A DNA stretch of 64,000 bases from Williopsis jadinii (GCA_024346625.1 AP024668.1:124001-188000), one strand, 5' to 3'; counted from the first letter of the stretch, positions 46,328-56,745 are shown. Program-made: numbers and translations. Notes: a model not told the origin generated them from the sequence alone.

Positions 46328-46843
46328 ATGTCATTGAAGCCCTTTATCCCAGTGGTTGTTGGACATATACGGTTTGCCATACCTCAGCGATCTATCAGCG
46401 AGTTGCGATGGATTCATAGTCAATTGAGCAAGCACTACGGTCCTGTATTACAATGGAGAGACCTCATCTCGGAGTCGACATATGAACACTTGAAAGGTAA
46501 GACGATGTTCGTGATGCAGGTGCCCTTGAGAGGTGACGAGACTGAGGGGGTGAGGGAGAGGAAGAAACTTGCTCTATCTCGAGACTTGGAAAAAGTGGTC
46601 GGAATAGTCAAGTTCAGCCAACGGGACTCGGTCAACACGGACAACTGGGTTGCTGATGCTACGAGATCTATCAAGTTGACAGATGACGGGGACAACAACC
46701 ACTTGGTAGATGTTGAAGTGGCAAACATCACGAACCCGTTCTTCAAAGTCTCGGACCATGGTGACCAATGGAGAGTACGAATAGATCGGAAGGTGTGTAC
46801 GCCTATGATTATTACAACGGGAGATTATGTTTCAAAGCAATGA
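46328..46843 (+). CDS. Uncharacterised 171-aa protein at the position occupied by MSS18 in S. cerevisiae
   Basis: ATG-initiated ORF filling the CTF4-NUP57 gap with protein-like composition; no motif recognised. Confidence 0.6.
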   Translation: MSLKPFIPVVVGHIRFAIPQRSISELRWIHSQLSKHYGPVLQWRDLISESTYEHLKGKTMFVMQVPLRGDETEGVRERKKLALSRDLEKVVGIVKFSQRDSVNTDNWVADATRSIKLTDDGDNNHLVDVEVANITNPFFKVSDHGDQWRVRIDRKVCTPMIITTGDYVSKQ

Positions 46844-46893
46844 CTCTTCATATGCGATTATGGGGGCCTGGTATAATAACAGATAATAGACAA

Positions 46894-48216
46894 TTACTTA
46901 GATAGTGTCTCCAATGTAGCCTTATCCTCTTTAATAATTTCCGACAAGTACTTTAGCCCCTTCTGTTGCTCCTCTAACGACTGTGCAATCATCAACACTT
47001 GTCTCTGTTTACTGTCAATATCAGTCAAGTCGTCTGCCTGTTCGTGGCTATTCAAACCCAGAGACTTGTCCATCTGGTCGCTCAAGCTCTTTGCCTTTTC
47101 CTTCAAAATTGCCAATCTTGCCCATAACTCATTGGTCTTGCCCAGGCCTGAAGGGTCTTGAGACTTATCCAGTAGCTCTTGAAAGTTCTGGATCAGTTTC
47201 TCCTCTGAAGGTGATAGTTGATAACCTCTTGATTTTAGCACAGCTAAAGTGGACACCAATTTTAGGATTCTTCTAGAGATTCTAGTATGCTTAGCCTTTG
47301 CTGCGACGATTCGTGAAGCAGTATCCAACTCGTGCTTATCACTCAACATCTTGTACTTGTCACTGATCTGCTGTAGAACAACTCTTGCCTGTGCCACATG
47401 GTTCACCTGTGTCTGCGATCTCTTTTGTAGGTCTTCAAACCCTACAGCACGCACCGGGATCAGGTTATTCGATGGTCTCGATTCAAATGCCTTGTCCCAT
47501 TGTTCGTCCTCGTTGATGGGCTTTGAATATAGAGCTGCCTGTGTCTCAGGTACTTTGTTGTAGAAGTAAGTCTTCAAGACTGTTTGTTGAGACGTTGGGT
47601 CCCACGAGGACTTCACTTTGCTGAGCTGTTCTTGGATGGTTATGGCGTAGTTGTTGTTAGCCTGGGCCTTATCGTTGGAGGCAGATGTGAATGATAGTGG
47701 TTGTTGTTGTTGTTGTTGTTGCTGCTGTTGTGTTCCTTGTTGATTATTCTGTTGGGACCAGGCAAATGCCGGTTGTGATGACGTTAAGGAGGACTGCTGC
47801 TGCTGTTGTTGCTGCTGTTGTTGCTGCTGTTGCTGTTGCTGTTGATTACTACCAAAGAGCCCACCAGTAGCTGGCGGCTGCTGTTGATTACTACCAAACA
47901 GCCCACCAGTAGTTGACTGTTGCTGTTGATTACTACCAAACAGCCCACCTGTCTGGGTCTTCTGCTGAGTGTTACCAAACAGCCCACCACTAGCTGGCTG
48001 CTGCTGTTGTTGGTTCGCAGTTGATGCTCCAAAGAGCCCACCTGTTGACGCCGTGGCTGGCTTAGCACCAAAGAGCCCACCAGAGGTATTCATAGCAGTA
48101 TTTGTAGCACCATTAGCACCAGCATTGGCACCAGCATTGGCACCAAACAGCCCACCGGCCTGGGCAGCTGGCTTAGCACCAAACAGAGAGCCTCCACTAT
48201 TCGTCGAACCAAACAT
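46894..48216 (-). CDS. NUP57: GLFG nucleoporin Nup57/Nup54
   Basis: GGLFG repeats, polyQ, SWDP...YFYNKV, GFEDLQKR and LGKTNELWARL. Confidence 0.95.
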   Translation of the reverse strand: MFGSTNSGGSLFGAKPAAQAGGLFGANAGANAGANGATNTAMNTSGGLFGAKPATASTGGLFGASTANQQQQQPASGGLFGNTQQKTQTGGLFGSNQQQQSTTGGLFGSNQQQPPATGGLFGSNQQQQQQQQQQQQQQQQQSSLTSSQPAFAWSQQNNQQGTQQQQQQQQQQPLSFTSASNDKAQANNNYAITIQEQLSKVKSSWDPTSQQTVLKTYFYNKVPETQAALYSKPINEDEQWDKAFESRPSNNLIPVRAVGFEDLQKRSQTQVNHVAQARVVLQQISDKYKMLSDKHELDTASRIVAAKAKHTRISRRILKLVSTLAVLKSRGYQLSPSEEKLIQNFQELLDKSQDPSGLGKTNELWARLAILKEKAKSLSDQMDKSLGLNSHEQADDLTDIDSKQRQVLMIAQSLEEQQKGLKYLSEIIKEDKATLETLSK

Positions 48217-48540
48217 CGTCTCCTTCTTCCTTTGTCCAATGGATATTCAATGTCCACAGCACTACTGGAGGAAAAAAAAGTTTGTCCCTTTGTTTACTTT
48301 TCCATTGCAAAAGACAAATGGAAGGGACAAAAGAAAAACGGTTGACTTCCTAAATAGGAAAGACAGAATCGAACTCCCACCATATAAGAAAAACACACCC
48401 GCGAACTCGTTTTGCCTCAGTTTTTTCTTCTTTGTGTGTGTTCCCAACCCCCCTGAAAGAACCAATGAAAATCCAAAACACAACCTTTTCTCCCTTCCTT
48501 TGATGGAACAGCATCCGAGGACATCAACGAGAATAGCGAG

Positions 48541-49050
48541 ATGGCCAATAAGAGAGAACCAAGCTTGAGCCACCAATGGCTGGTCGACCCGACTCCTCTG
48601 CCTGCCGATATTCCGGAGGTTGAGGAGATCGGGGCCACGTCTGCTCCTCTGAAGTCAGCTGCCTTCTTCATTGGCGACCGTTGTGGTGCTTATAACGATG
48701 ACTTCATGCTGTGCAAGGAGCAGAGCAAGTCCGGCGAGGTTGAGTGTTTGAAGGAAGGTAGACGTGTGACGCGTTGTGCCAGCAGCGTCATCGCGGACCT
48801 GAACAAGAACTGTGCTGAGTCGTTCCGTCTTCATTGGCAGTGCCTGGACAACAACAACCACGAGCTGTTCAAGTGTAGAAAAGCGGAGACTCTGCTGAAC
48901 AGCTGTGTGTTCAAGAGCCTGGGGCTGGAGAAGAAGATCCCTAACGGCGAGCAGATCCACCTGAAGGAGAAGCCACTCTATAGACCAAACATTGAAGACC
49001 GTCCTTCTTTGAAAGCGTACGAGCTGGCAAAGAAGGAGGGCACTTTGTGA
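48541..49050 (+). CDS. Complex I accessory subunit NDUFA8 (NUPM, twin-CX9C)
   Basis: VEEIGATSAPLKSAAFFIGDRC..YNDDFMLCK...CLKEGRRVTRCA...C..SFRLHWQCLD...CRKAETLLNSC. Confidence 0.92.
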   Translation: MANKREPSLSHQWLVDPTPLPADIPEVEEIGATSAPLKSAAFFIGDRCGAYNDDFMLCKEQSKSGEVECLKEGRRVTRCASSVIADLNKNCAESFRLHWQCLDNNNHELFKCRKAETLLNSCVFKSLGLEKKIPNGEQIHLKEKPLYRPNIEDRPSLKAYELAKKEGTL

Positions 49051-49274
49051 ATGTGTGTTTACTGTCCTCCTGTCCTTTGAGTTCAAACTTCACCATATTT
49101 ATTGAATATTTATTTATATAACCTACATATCAACGTTATTTATTTCCATTCCTGGTTGGAGGCGTAGCTTGGAGCCGAATATTGATGCTGAACAAGAGAA
49201 ACAGGCGGAGGAAAACTCCGCTGAATACTCGCGTGTGAGCCAATAATGCCCACGGGGAGGTGAATGGAGGAAAG

Positions 49275-50801
49275 ATGGCGAAGAAGGCAATAACGGTGTT
49301 CCCGGTGGTGGTGTCCATACTCATATGGTTGTATAGGAGTCATTGGCTCGAGGATTCTTCGATCGAGTCGACACAGATAGTGACGACGCCATGGTCATTG
49401 TCAACATTGGACAACAACAACAACAACAACAACAGCAGCGCGGGTGTCAGCTGGGAACATCACAGCGGTCAGTTTGACCCAAGGGACTTCCCTATTGCAG
49501 TGCTATCGTACCTGGCCAAAGGCGGTGACGGCTCTATCCGAATAAACAGCTGGAATGACCTCTTGAACGTGTCTGCCAAACCTGAGATTGGTCAATATTG
49601 GCTGGAGAGACATCCGATTGAACAACTCATGACGCTGAATTCGTACGATTCCCGCTTATACCCTGTGGAATACAACACTGGTGAGTCTGTACTATCCTCA
49701 ATACCTGAAAGGATCGATTCCTTGCAAGAGCTTATCAATGCCACACTGGGCAATAGCCGTGGTGTCGTTCACCACCAATCTATGGAGCTTTCCAGAGAGG
49801 ACTTCATGCTTGATTCCACCCCGATGGAGGATGTGCACTACAGGTACTTCAAGGAGGGGATCCTTGTGAAGAAAAGGGGGTTGGCTCACTATGAGGCACG
49901 GTTCTACGAGTGTAAACTGACTCCAATTGCAAGAGTGTCAACGTTACACCGTATTGTACGCGCATGGTCGAGATTCACCGCTGCTTATGGGCTTAAAACC
50001 TGGATTGCTCATGGCTCGTTACTAGGATACTACTTCAACGGGCTGATATTCCCCTGGGATGACGATCTGGACGTTCAGGTCACCGCCAAATCGTTCATGG
50101 AGCTGGTGAAACTGAACAACACTTTGGTGCTCGACTTCACAGATGTGGATGCCATTGGAACATATGTCATCGACATCAACCCGTGGTTTGCCAATAGGGT
50201 GAAGGACTCTGACAACAAGATCGACGCCAGGTTCATAGATACAGAGACAGGGCTGTATATCGATATAACCACGCTCACCACTGATAGCCAGTTGCCTAGT
50301 GATCTGGAAGATGGCGAGACTCAAGAGTTGTACAAGGTGTTCAATCCATATCACGAGCCGGACGCCATTACAGAACTGGAGGCGTATGAGTCTGAAATGG
50401 CACACAAGGTTAACTTGTCGATAACGAACAACTCCTTAATATCGTGCAAAGATAACCATTTCTACACCTGGAGCGAGCTGTCACCGTTGATTCCAACGGT
50501 GTTTGAAGGGACCATCGTGTATATCCCCAACAACGTTGAACCTGTTCTGCTGAGGGAGTACGGCAGAAGGAGCCTCTACCTCCACGATTTCAAGGGCTTC
50601 CACTTTGACAGGCACCAACGGACATGGAGCCATCCTACAATTCTTAGCGAATACAACGGTATAATGGAGAATTTCATTGAGAATCATTATCAAGTGCTGC
50701 AAACCACCTTCAAGAAACACACGTTCCATGAAGGCCTGTTACGGCAGTATCCTATATTCCGTACCGGTTCAAATGAAGATCATCAACAGATATGTACATG
50801 A
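49275..50801 (+). CDS. LicD-family mannosylphosphorylation protein (Mnn4/Mnn14-like)
   Basis: Type II anchor; HYEARFY, WIAHGSLLGYYFNG..FPWDDDLDVQ and IDARFIDTETGLYIDIT. First ATG at 49275. Confidence 0.88.
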   Translation: MAKKAITVFPVVVSILIWLYRSHWLEDSSIESTQIVTTPWSLSTLDNNNNNNNSSAGVSWEHHSGQFDPRDFPIAVLSYLAKGGDGSIRINSWNDLLNVSAKPEIGQYWLERHPIEQLMTLNSYDSRLYPVEYNTGESVLSSIPERIDSLQELINATLGNSRGVVHHQSMELSREDFMLDSTPMEDVHYRYFKEGILVKKRGLAHYEARFYECKLTPIARVSTLHRIVRAWSRFTAAYGLKTWIAHGSLLGYYFNGLIFPWDDDLDVQVTAKSFMELVKLNNTLVLDFTDVDAIGTYVIDINPWFANRVKDSDNKIDARFIDTETGLYIDITTLTTDSQLPSDLEDGETQELYKVFNPYHEPDAITELEAYESEMAHKVNLSITNNSLISCKDNHFYTWSELSPLIPTVFEGTIVYIPNNVEPVLLREYGRRSLYLHDFKGFHFDRHQRTWSHPTILSEYNGIMENFIENHYQVLQTTFKKHTFHEGLLRQYPIFRTGSNEDHQQICT

Positions 50802-50858
50802 CAGAAAGACAAAGCACACGCATATGTGTATATAGTGCTCAGAGCTCCAAGGAAGAGA

Positions 50859-51008
50859 TCATTTCAATTGCTTCTGAACAAAATGGACAATGATAGGGGT
50901 AAGCCATAAGGTGGCACCGATCGCCAAAGATGTGTAGAGCGTGTTGTTTGTAGCAGCTTGGTGAGCTTTCTTCTGCTCGTCAGACAATGGTTGACCTCCA
51001 CCGAACAT
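50859..51008 (-). CDS. TOM5: Mitochondrial outer-membrane translocase subunit Tom5, 49 aa
   Basis: Not in ORF track. Hand translation: MFGGGQPLSDEQKKAHQAATNNTLYTSLAIGATLWLTPIIVHFVQKQLK*. Matches the Tom5 pattern and lies divergent from SPN1, as in S. cerevisiae. Confidence 0.92.
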   Translation of the reverse strand: MFGGGQPLSDEQKKAHQAATNNTLYTSLAIGATLWLTPIIVHFVQKQLK

Positions 51009-51357
51009 TTCTGTGCTGTGTATATGTTTTCTTTATCCAATTGCTTGGTGATGTTTGAGAGATGTGGAAAGTGTGTGTTTTGGAAGATTTTGGACGATTT
51101 TCTCAAAGGAGCCAGGCGATGGCGGTAGAGAAAGGCAAAAAACCCACACACCGACCAAGTGGAGGCCAGTTTTCGGAACTCGGAATTGGAGATCGGAATG
51201 ATTTAATCTCGGAAATAGGATTCGGGATCTGTTACGTGTCGGAATTACTTCGAAAGTTTGAAAATGGGAAACTTCAGCGGTAAATACAAAGCACAGTGGC
51301 CTCAGGGACAGGGCGGTAAAGCGATTGAGACCACGGCGGCTGATCGTTGAGAGAACA

Positions 51358-52599
51358 ATGAGCGACGAAGAGAGAGCAGAATCACAGGAAGTAGAGGAGC
51401 AGCCAGTTGAAGAGCAGCCAGTTGAGGAGGCTGGTGAAGCTGGTGAAGCTGAAGATCCTGAGAAGGGTGAAACTACCGAGACTGCTGGGGAAGAACAACA
51501 GCAAGCGCCAGAGGGAGCACAAGAAGACAACGAGGAAGAGGACAACCTCTCAGACGTTGACGAGAACGACACGTTTCTCGACTACACAGAGCTGTCAAAG
51601 CTGAAAGCGAGCAGACGTAAGACCGAGGCCTCACAGACAGGGCCTTTGAGGAAACAGAGAGACGTGGAAGACGATTTCGAAGAGAGGGAGGCCGCTCTTC
51701 CTCATCAAACGCTGGATGAGTCCACAAAGAGGCGCGAGGAACTCGAAGAGAAGTTTGAAAGGGCGCTGAAGAGACCGAAGATCAGTCGTAGAAAAGACGA
51801 GCACGACCTGACCAACGACGACGATGAGATGATTCAGATTCTAAAACAACAGATGGACGCGGCGGCAAAGAAGGACGCCGAGCTCATCGAGAACGGCTCA
51901 GGTATCGCAATCAACAAGGTGAAGCTGTTGCCAAAAGTGCGCGATGTGTTGAGTAAGGTGAACTTGGCGGAAGTTATCCTGGATAACAATCTGCTCGCCG
52001 AGGTTAGACAGTGGTTGGAACCATTGCCTGATGCGTCGCTGCCTTCTTACGAGATCCAAAAGACGTTGTTTACCGCGTTGCTGAAGTTGCCAATCAACAC
52101 AAACCATCTGAGAGAATCGGGTATCGGTAAGATCTTGTTGTTCTATCAGAAGTCAAAAAGAGTTGAGCCAAAGATCAAAAGAGTGGCTGATAAGTTGATT
52201 TCTGATTGGACAAGACCTATCATTGGTGCAAGTGATAACTATAGGGACAAGAGAATCCACGGAGTTGATTTTGATGCCCGCAGACTGAAACTAAAGGCAA
52301 ATAAGCCTCACAAGTTGACTGCCGAGGAGAAGCGTAAACGTGAAGCTGACAAGACCATCTACGAACAACAGGCTGCTAGAAGAAACAGAGCAGCTGCACC
52401 AGCACCAACAGTTACTGATTACAGATTTGCACCAAGGTCCAATGTTGACAAGTCTCAACAATCCATTGCCACCGCAGGTGTTGGTTCGTCGCTGAACAGA
52501 GACGACCAGTTCAAGCGAATCAACCAGAAATTGTCAGGTAGAAAGGGAACTTCAAAGAGAGGAGGAATCAGTATCGAAGGCAGAGGTTTAGGTATTTAG
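51358..52599 (+). CDS. SPN1: Transcription elongation factor Spn1/Iws1
   Basis: Acidic N-terminus; ILDNNLL..VRQWLEPLPDASLP, HLRESGIGK and WTRPIIG. First ATG at 51358. Confidence 0.95.
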   Translation: MSDEERAESQEVEEQPVEEQPVEEAGEAGEAEDPEKGETTETAGEEQQQAPEGAQEDNEEEDNLSDVDENDTFLDYTELSKLKASRRKTEASQTGPLRKQRDVEDDFEEREAALPHQTLDESTKRREELEEKFERALKRPKISRRKDEHDLTNDDDEMIQILKQQMDAAAKKDAELIENGSGIAINKVKLLPKVRDVLSKVNLAEVILDNNLLAEVRQWLEPLPDASLPSYEIQKTLFTALLKLPINTNHLRESGIGKILLFYQKSKRVEPKIKRVADKLISDWTRPIIGASDNYRDKRIHGVDFDARRLKLKANKPHKLTAEEKRKREADKTIYEQQAARRNRAAAPAPTVTDYRFAPRSNVDKSQQSIATAGVGSSLNRDDQFKRINQKLSGRKGTSKRGGISIEGRGLGI

Positions 52600-52728
52600 A
52601 AACCCAAAGTCAAACAAAGCAAGCAAAACCTACTAATTACTTCAAAAGTAAAAGATAATTAACTCATGTATGTATAAAATATACAAAATTTCATCACATA
52701 AGAAAAGAGAAAGTTGGTGCGAACAGGA

Positions 52729-53441
52729 TCATGATCTTGGTTTCTCCTTCTTCTCCTTCCACAAGGCCAACAAGGAGACACCAGAAACCTTGACGACTTT
52801 GAATCTGACACCTGGGATATCACCCTTAGCCTTACCCTTTCTACCGAAACCAGCAAGCAAAACTTCATCGTTCTCATCGACGAAGTTCAAACAACCATCG
52901 TTTGGAACGAAAGCAGTAACTCTCTTACCGTTCTTGATCAATTGAACTCTGACACACTTTCTGATAGCAGAGTTTGGTTGCTTGGACTCAATACCAATCT
53001 TTTCCAAGACGATACCCTTAGCGTGAGAAGAACCACCGAATGGAGAGGACTTGAAAGCAGTTCCCAACAATCTCTTCTTGTAAGATTGTTCAGCCCAACG
53101 GCTATAATACAGTTGTTAGTATGTCTGATCAAGCGTACTTTTGAGAACTGTATAGATCGATTGGATGGGATGAGCAAGAGCAGCAAAACTGGAGATTCAA
53201 TCACACTGTCCATGCTCAAAGTATTGGGCTCATATATCGCCTTCTTCGTGCACATTGTCCACTCGTTCTATGGATGACTATCACAACACTCCCCATCTCT
53301 TGCAACTCGTGATGCCATCCCTCACATCACCAACCAATCAACCACAACGTATCCTCCTCAGTGTCGATAAACTCACTTGTTTCTTCTGTGGACTCTCAAC
53401 TTTCTAGCGGAGTTCAAACCTCTTGGCTTACCCTTACCCAT
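52729..53441 (-). CDS. RPS23: 40S ribosomal protein S23 (uS12), 145 aa; exons 53441-53377 and 53101-52729
   Basis: [36 protein letters not shown]...[10 protein letters not shown]; 275-nt intron GTGAGT...TACTAAC...TAG. Confidence 0.97.
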
Positions 53442-53623
53442 CTTGTTGTTGTATTCGTCTTAATATTTCAAGAAGAGGTAAAGTGAGTTGGTTTGGTTTT
53501 GATGAAAAAAAGACTTTTCACACAGAGGAGCCCACTGAGAGAATCCCAACGCAGCCGGGCAACACACACAGCGAGGCAAGCAAAAAAACCACCGCGCACA
53601 CACAAAAACGGATTATATAATCA

Positions 53624-53691
53624 AACACCCGGACACACGAAAAGCAGGGCTCCAGATGCAGTATCACGTGAAAATAACACCTTTAGGGCTA
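53624..53691. promoter_or_regulatory. Rap1-like, Cbf1 and Tbf1-like motifs in the RPS23 promoter
   Basis: AACACCCGGACAC 53624-53636, TCACGTGA 53664-53671 and TTAGGGCTA 53683-53691. Confidence 0.6.
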
Positions 53692-53790
53692 CAAACACGC
53701 ATCATCTCTTATCACCAGGGCACTTTGGGCAATATACATCTTGGAAAGATTATCAGACTGAGCCGACACAGGCAACGGTGGGAAAGGAGA

Positions 53791-55149
53791 ATGTCGACCT
53801 TAACTGACCCGCTGATTGCAGACTACCTTCGCCGTAATGGGTTTACAGACACACTGAGGTCATTCGAATCGCACGTTGGTGTACAACCTCGTATAAACTA
53901 CGAGAAGCTGGAAGACATCATCCATGATCGAACTGCCTATATGGACAGAGGAACCGATGGGTTGGTTGATTCCGGTGCTAATATCAACAACAAGTCGGAG
54001 AACTCGCATCTGTTCAATAAATGGAGCGGGATTGAGCTACACAGCCTGAAGGAGATTGATCATGGAAGTCTATTCATCGATATGTCTCTCGGTAGGTATG
54101 GCAATCGACAAGTTGTGTTCTTGTCAGCCAGTGATAAGTCCATCTGCATCTATGACGTCTCAAAGGGCCAAATAACAAATAGATTTACCGAATTGTCCAA
54201 TACGGTAACGAAATGTTGCTATCCTATTAATGACCAAGGGTTAGTGTCGTTGTGCGGGATGGACGGTGTCATGAGACTGGTACAATTGTGCGATGAACCA
54301 AGAGTGATAACCAGCTGCCAACTGCACAACAGACTGATTACAGACTTTGAGGTGTTTGTTCTCAAAGGTGTCAAATATATCGTTTCAATTGGCTGGGATA
54401 AGTACGTCAAGGTTCACAAATTGGTTGATGAGGATACCAAGGTTGAATTTGTCTCTCAGTTTGAACTGTTGACGAATGCAACGAGTGTCAAGGCGTGCCA
54501 AACACCAAGTGGCCATTTACTCGTGCTAGTGACTAGAATGGATTCGTCGTTGGTTTCCATTCTAACCCCTTTCCTGGGGAATGAGCTTCGGGAAATCTCC
54601 AGGATATCTTTGAACGATGCACAGTTCTCAACACATGCCTTCACAGCAATGTCCATGGACTTGAGCTTTAACAACAATGATTCGATCTGCAATGCTGATT
54701 CGAAGATCGTTGTGAGCACATCTGATGTGCCATATATGAGACTCATAGTTGCTAAATTCCCCACAGATCTGGATAAGAGAATTGAGCAACAGTTACCCAC
54801 AATTGGTGACTTAAGCCTGGAGAGAACTACGGAGAGCTCGCAATCACTGATCAGTGTCATTGACAGGGACGTTGTACTGTTAAACCTCAGCACAAATGCT
54901 CCACAGGATAAGCTTAGCCAGAGCAAGATTCAATACTCCTACGAGGATAAAGGCGTGTGGATCTTTAGTGAGTGTGGTGAGGTTCTCGCTATTGATCTCT
55001 ACACGGGCGATAACGTGTGTATCGAGAAGAGTTTCCAGCTCCAACGGATCAAATGTGCCATTGCGTTTGTCTGTCCGGACGGTTGTGAACGTCTACTGAT
55101 TGCACAGGCAGACAAGTCGTTAGTCGTTGTTGACTCTACAAATCAATAG
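53791..55149 (+). CDS. LisH + WD40-like protein (YGR117C-like)
   Basis: LIADYLRRNGFTDTLRSF LisH motif and beta-propeller segments (CGMDG, SIGWDKYVKV); position next to RPS23. ATG 53791 is preferred over 53656. Confidence 0.8.
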   Translation: MSTLTDPLIADYLRRNGFTDTLRSFESHVGVQPRINYEKLEDIIHDRTAYMDRGTDGLVDSGANINNKSENSHLFNKWSGIELHSLKEIDHGSLFIDMSLGRYGNRQVVFLSASDKSICIYDVSKGQITNRFTELSNTVTKCCYPINDQGLVSLCGMDGVMRLVQLCDEPRVITSCQLHNRLITDFEVFVLKGVKYIVSIGWDKYVKVHKLVDEDTKVEFVSQFELLTNATSVKACQTPSGHLLVLVTRMDSSLVSILTPFLGNELREISRISLNDAQFSTHAFTAMSMDLSFNNNDSICNADSKIVVSTSDVPYMRLIVAKFPTDLDKRIEQQLPTIGDLSLERTTESSQSLISVIDRDVVLLNLSTNAPQDKLSQSKIQYSYEDKGVWIFSECGEVLAIDLYTGDNVCIEKSFQLQRIKCAIAFVCPDGCERLLIAQADKSLVVVDSTNQ

Positions 55150-55212
55150 TGCACACAATGTGCAGATTGAGGTAATAACAATAGAAAAACGTCTATAACC
55201 ATAAACAACGAT

Positions 55213-56106
55213 TCATTTGACTTGACGTCTTGCTCTAATCAATGCAAATAACGACTTCATAGCCAAGGTGATTTCATCTTTGAACATAAAGACAAACCCT
55301 TGCACCAGCACTCCCTTCAACAGCTGTGGCTTGACACCTTTCCACAGCGAGGTCCAGCCTTCATTGACAACCAGGTATCTCAAGATTGACTGGAACGATC
55401 TCATATCTTTGTTGTTTGGGTCGTCATTCTTCTGTAGCATAACCTTTGAGATGATCAAAGGCTGTGTTATGATGGTGGCCAGCATCTTGGAGACCACACC
55501 AAGGGCAAAGTTCTCATGAGGATGGAGGAACTTTTGATTAGGGAACAGGATCGCCTTCAGTCTCTCAAAGGATGCATACGTTATAGATGGGTTTATCGTC
55601 AACACGAGACTCACTTTCAACCCTCTCCACAAGCCGGTGATGCCATCCTCTTTCAAGATGTTTTTCGTCGTCTGGACGATGGAATGGTTCTTCTCAGGGT
55701 TCACCTGCTGGCGTGTTGATATAACGCTGATTGGATTCGTAAACAGCTGGCCCAAGGCTGCTGCAACGATTCCCAGCAACAGCTCCTCCGGCGTTGTGTT
55801 AGCAATGACTCGTCTGTAGCGTGACAGCTTCAAACGATACCACAGCTTACGAACCCACGAGTACCAGTAGAAGTAGGTGAAGCTCTGGACTGCGGACGAC
55901 AGCAACGATGAGCTGAGACCCTTGTACCAACTCTTGAGGCCCTTCTTCTTATAGAGCGAGACCAGACAGTCCAATGCATTTTTGTACTCGGACTCGGACT
56001 TGGTCTGGGTCTGGATAACGGTTTTCGCTAGGTCCAAGGGATAAACAATGGTGTTGGCCACGATCGAGGCAGATGCACCGTACACAGCGTTCTCCAGTGA
56101 TGACAT
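55213..56106 (-). CDS. ANT1: Peroxisomal adenine nucleotide carrier
   Basis: Carrier motifs YPLDLAKTVIQTQ, TNPISVISTRQQ and LTINPSITYAS; start MSSLENA at 56106. Confidence 0.92.
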   Translation of the reverse strand: MSSLENAVYGASASIVANTIVYPLDLAKTVIQTQTKSESEYKNALDCLVSLYKKKGLKSWYKGLSSSLLSSAVQSFTYFYWYSWVRKLWYRLKLSRYRRVIANTTPEELLLGIVAAALGQLFTNPISVISTRQQVNPEKNHSIVQTTKNILKEDGITGLWRGLKVSLVLTINPSITYASFERLKAILFPNQKFLHPHENFALGVVSKMLATIITQPLIISKVMLQKNDDPNNKDMRSFQSILRYLVVNEGWTSLWKGVKPQLLKGVLVQGFVFMFKDEITLAMKSLFALIRARRQVK

Positions 56107-56745
56107 TTGTCCCGGCTTGTATCTCCTTCTTTTTCTTAGTCTATTGGGTAATCTTGGGGAGTTTTCCTTCTTAAAAAAAGGACAAATCAATTGATCTTTA
56201 TATGGAGCCGGGAGGAGGGACTGAAGCACACAGGATGGTCTGGATTGAAGTACAGCTGGGTTATTACGTTTAACGGCCCCCTGCACATTACGCCGTTTTA
56301 TGGGGGAAAAAGCCTAATTTTCATGGTTTTCTTTTTGCTCTTGTATCTGTTTGTCTCTGGGGGTTGTCCTGCGCTTGTTTTCCCCACAGTTTTCGACAAC
56401 CTGGCGAGGGGTGATCGCAGCGCGAGCAGGTCTCATGGTGCCGAGGCCCTGCCATCACGGTTAAGGGGATGCGCTAATTTACCGAAGAGATAAGTAACGG
56501 GATCCACCGCCTATTTCCAGAGTAACAGCGTAGTCATCACGGTAGGTGTGGGACTCGCACTGAGAATGGCAACTGGGGGGGGGGGGACACATACGTAACT
56601 GGCGGGAGAGGAAATGTCTTTTTTAAAACGATACATATGCTTCGAGTTAATGTGGCGGCAGGGGACGATGATGTGAGACTTTGTCCAATTAATTTGTTGG
56701 GACAATTCGCAGTGTGTCCGACCTGGTCTCACAGTGCAGAAAGCA

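Noticed and set aside
56414..56460. GC-rich hairpin or oleate response element upstream of ANT1
   Set aside because: Stem is imperfect and CGG/CCG spacing does not fit the ORE consensus.
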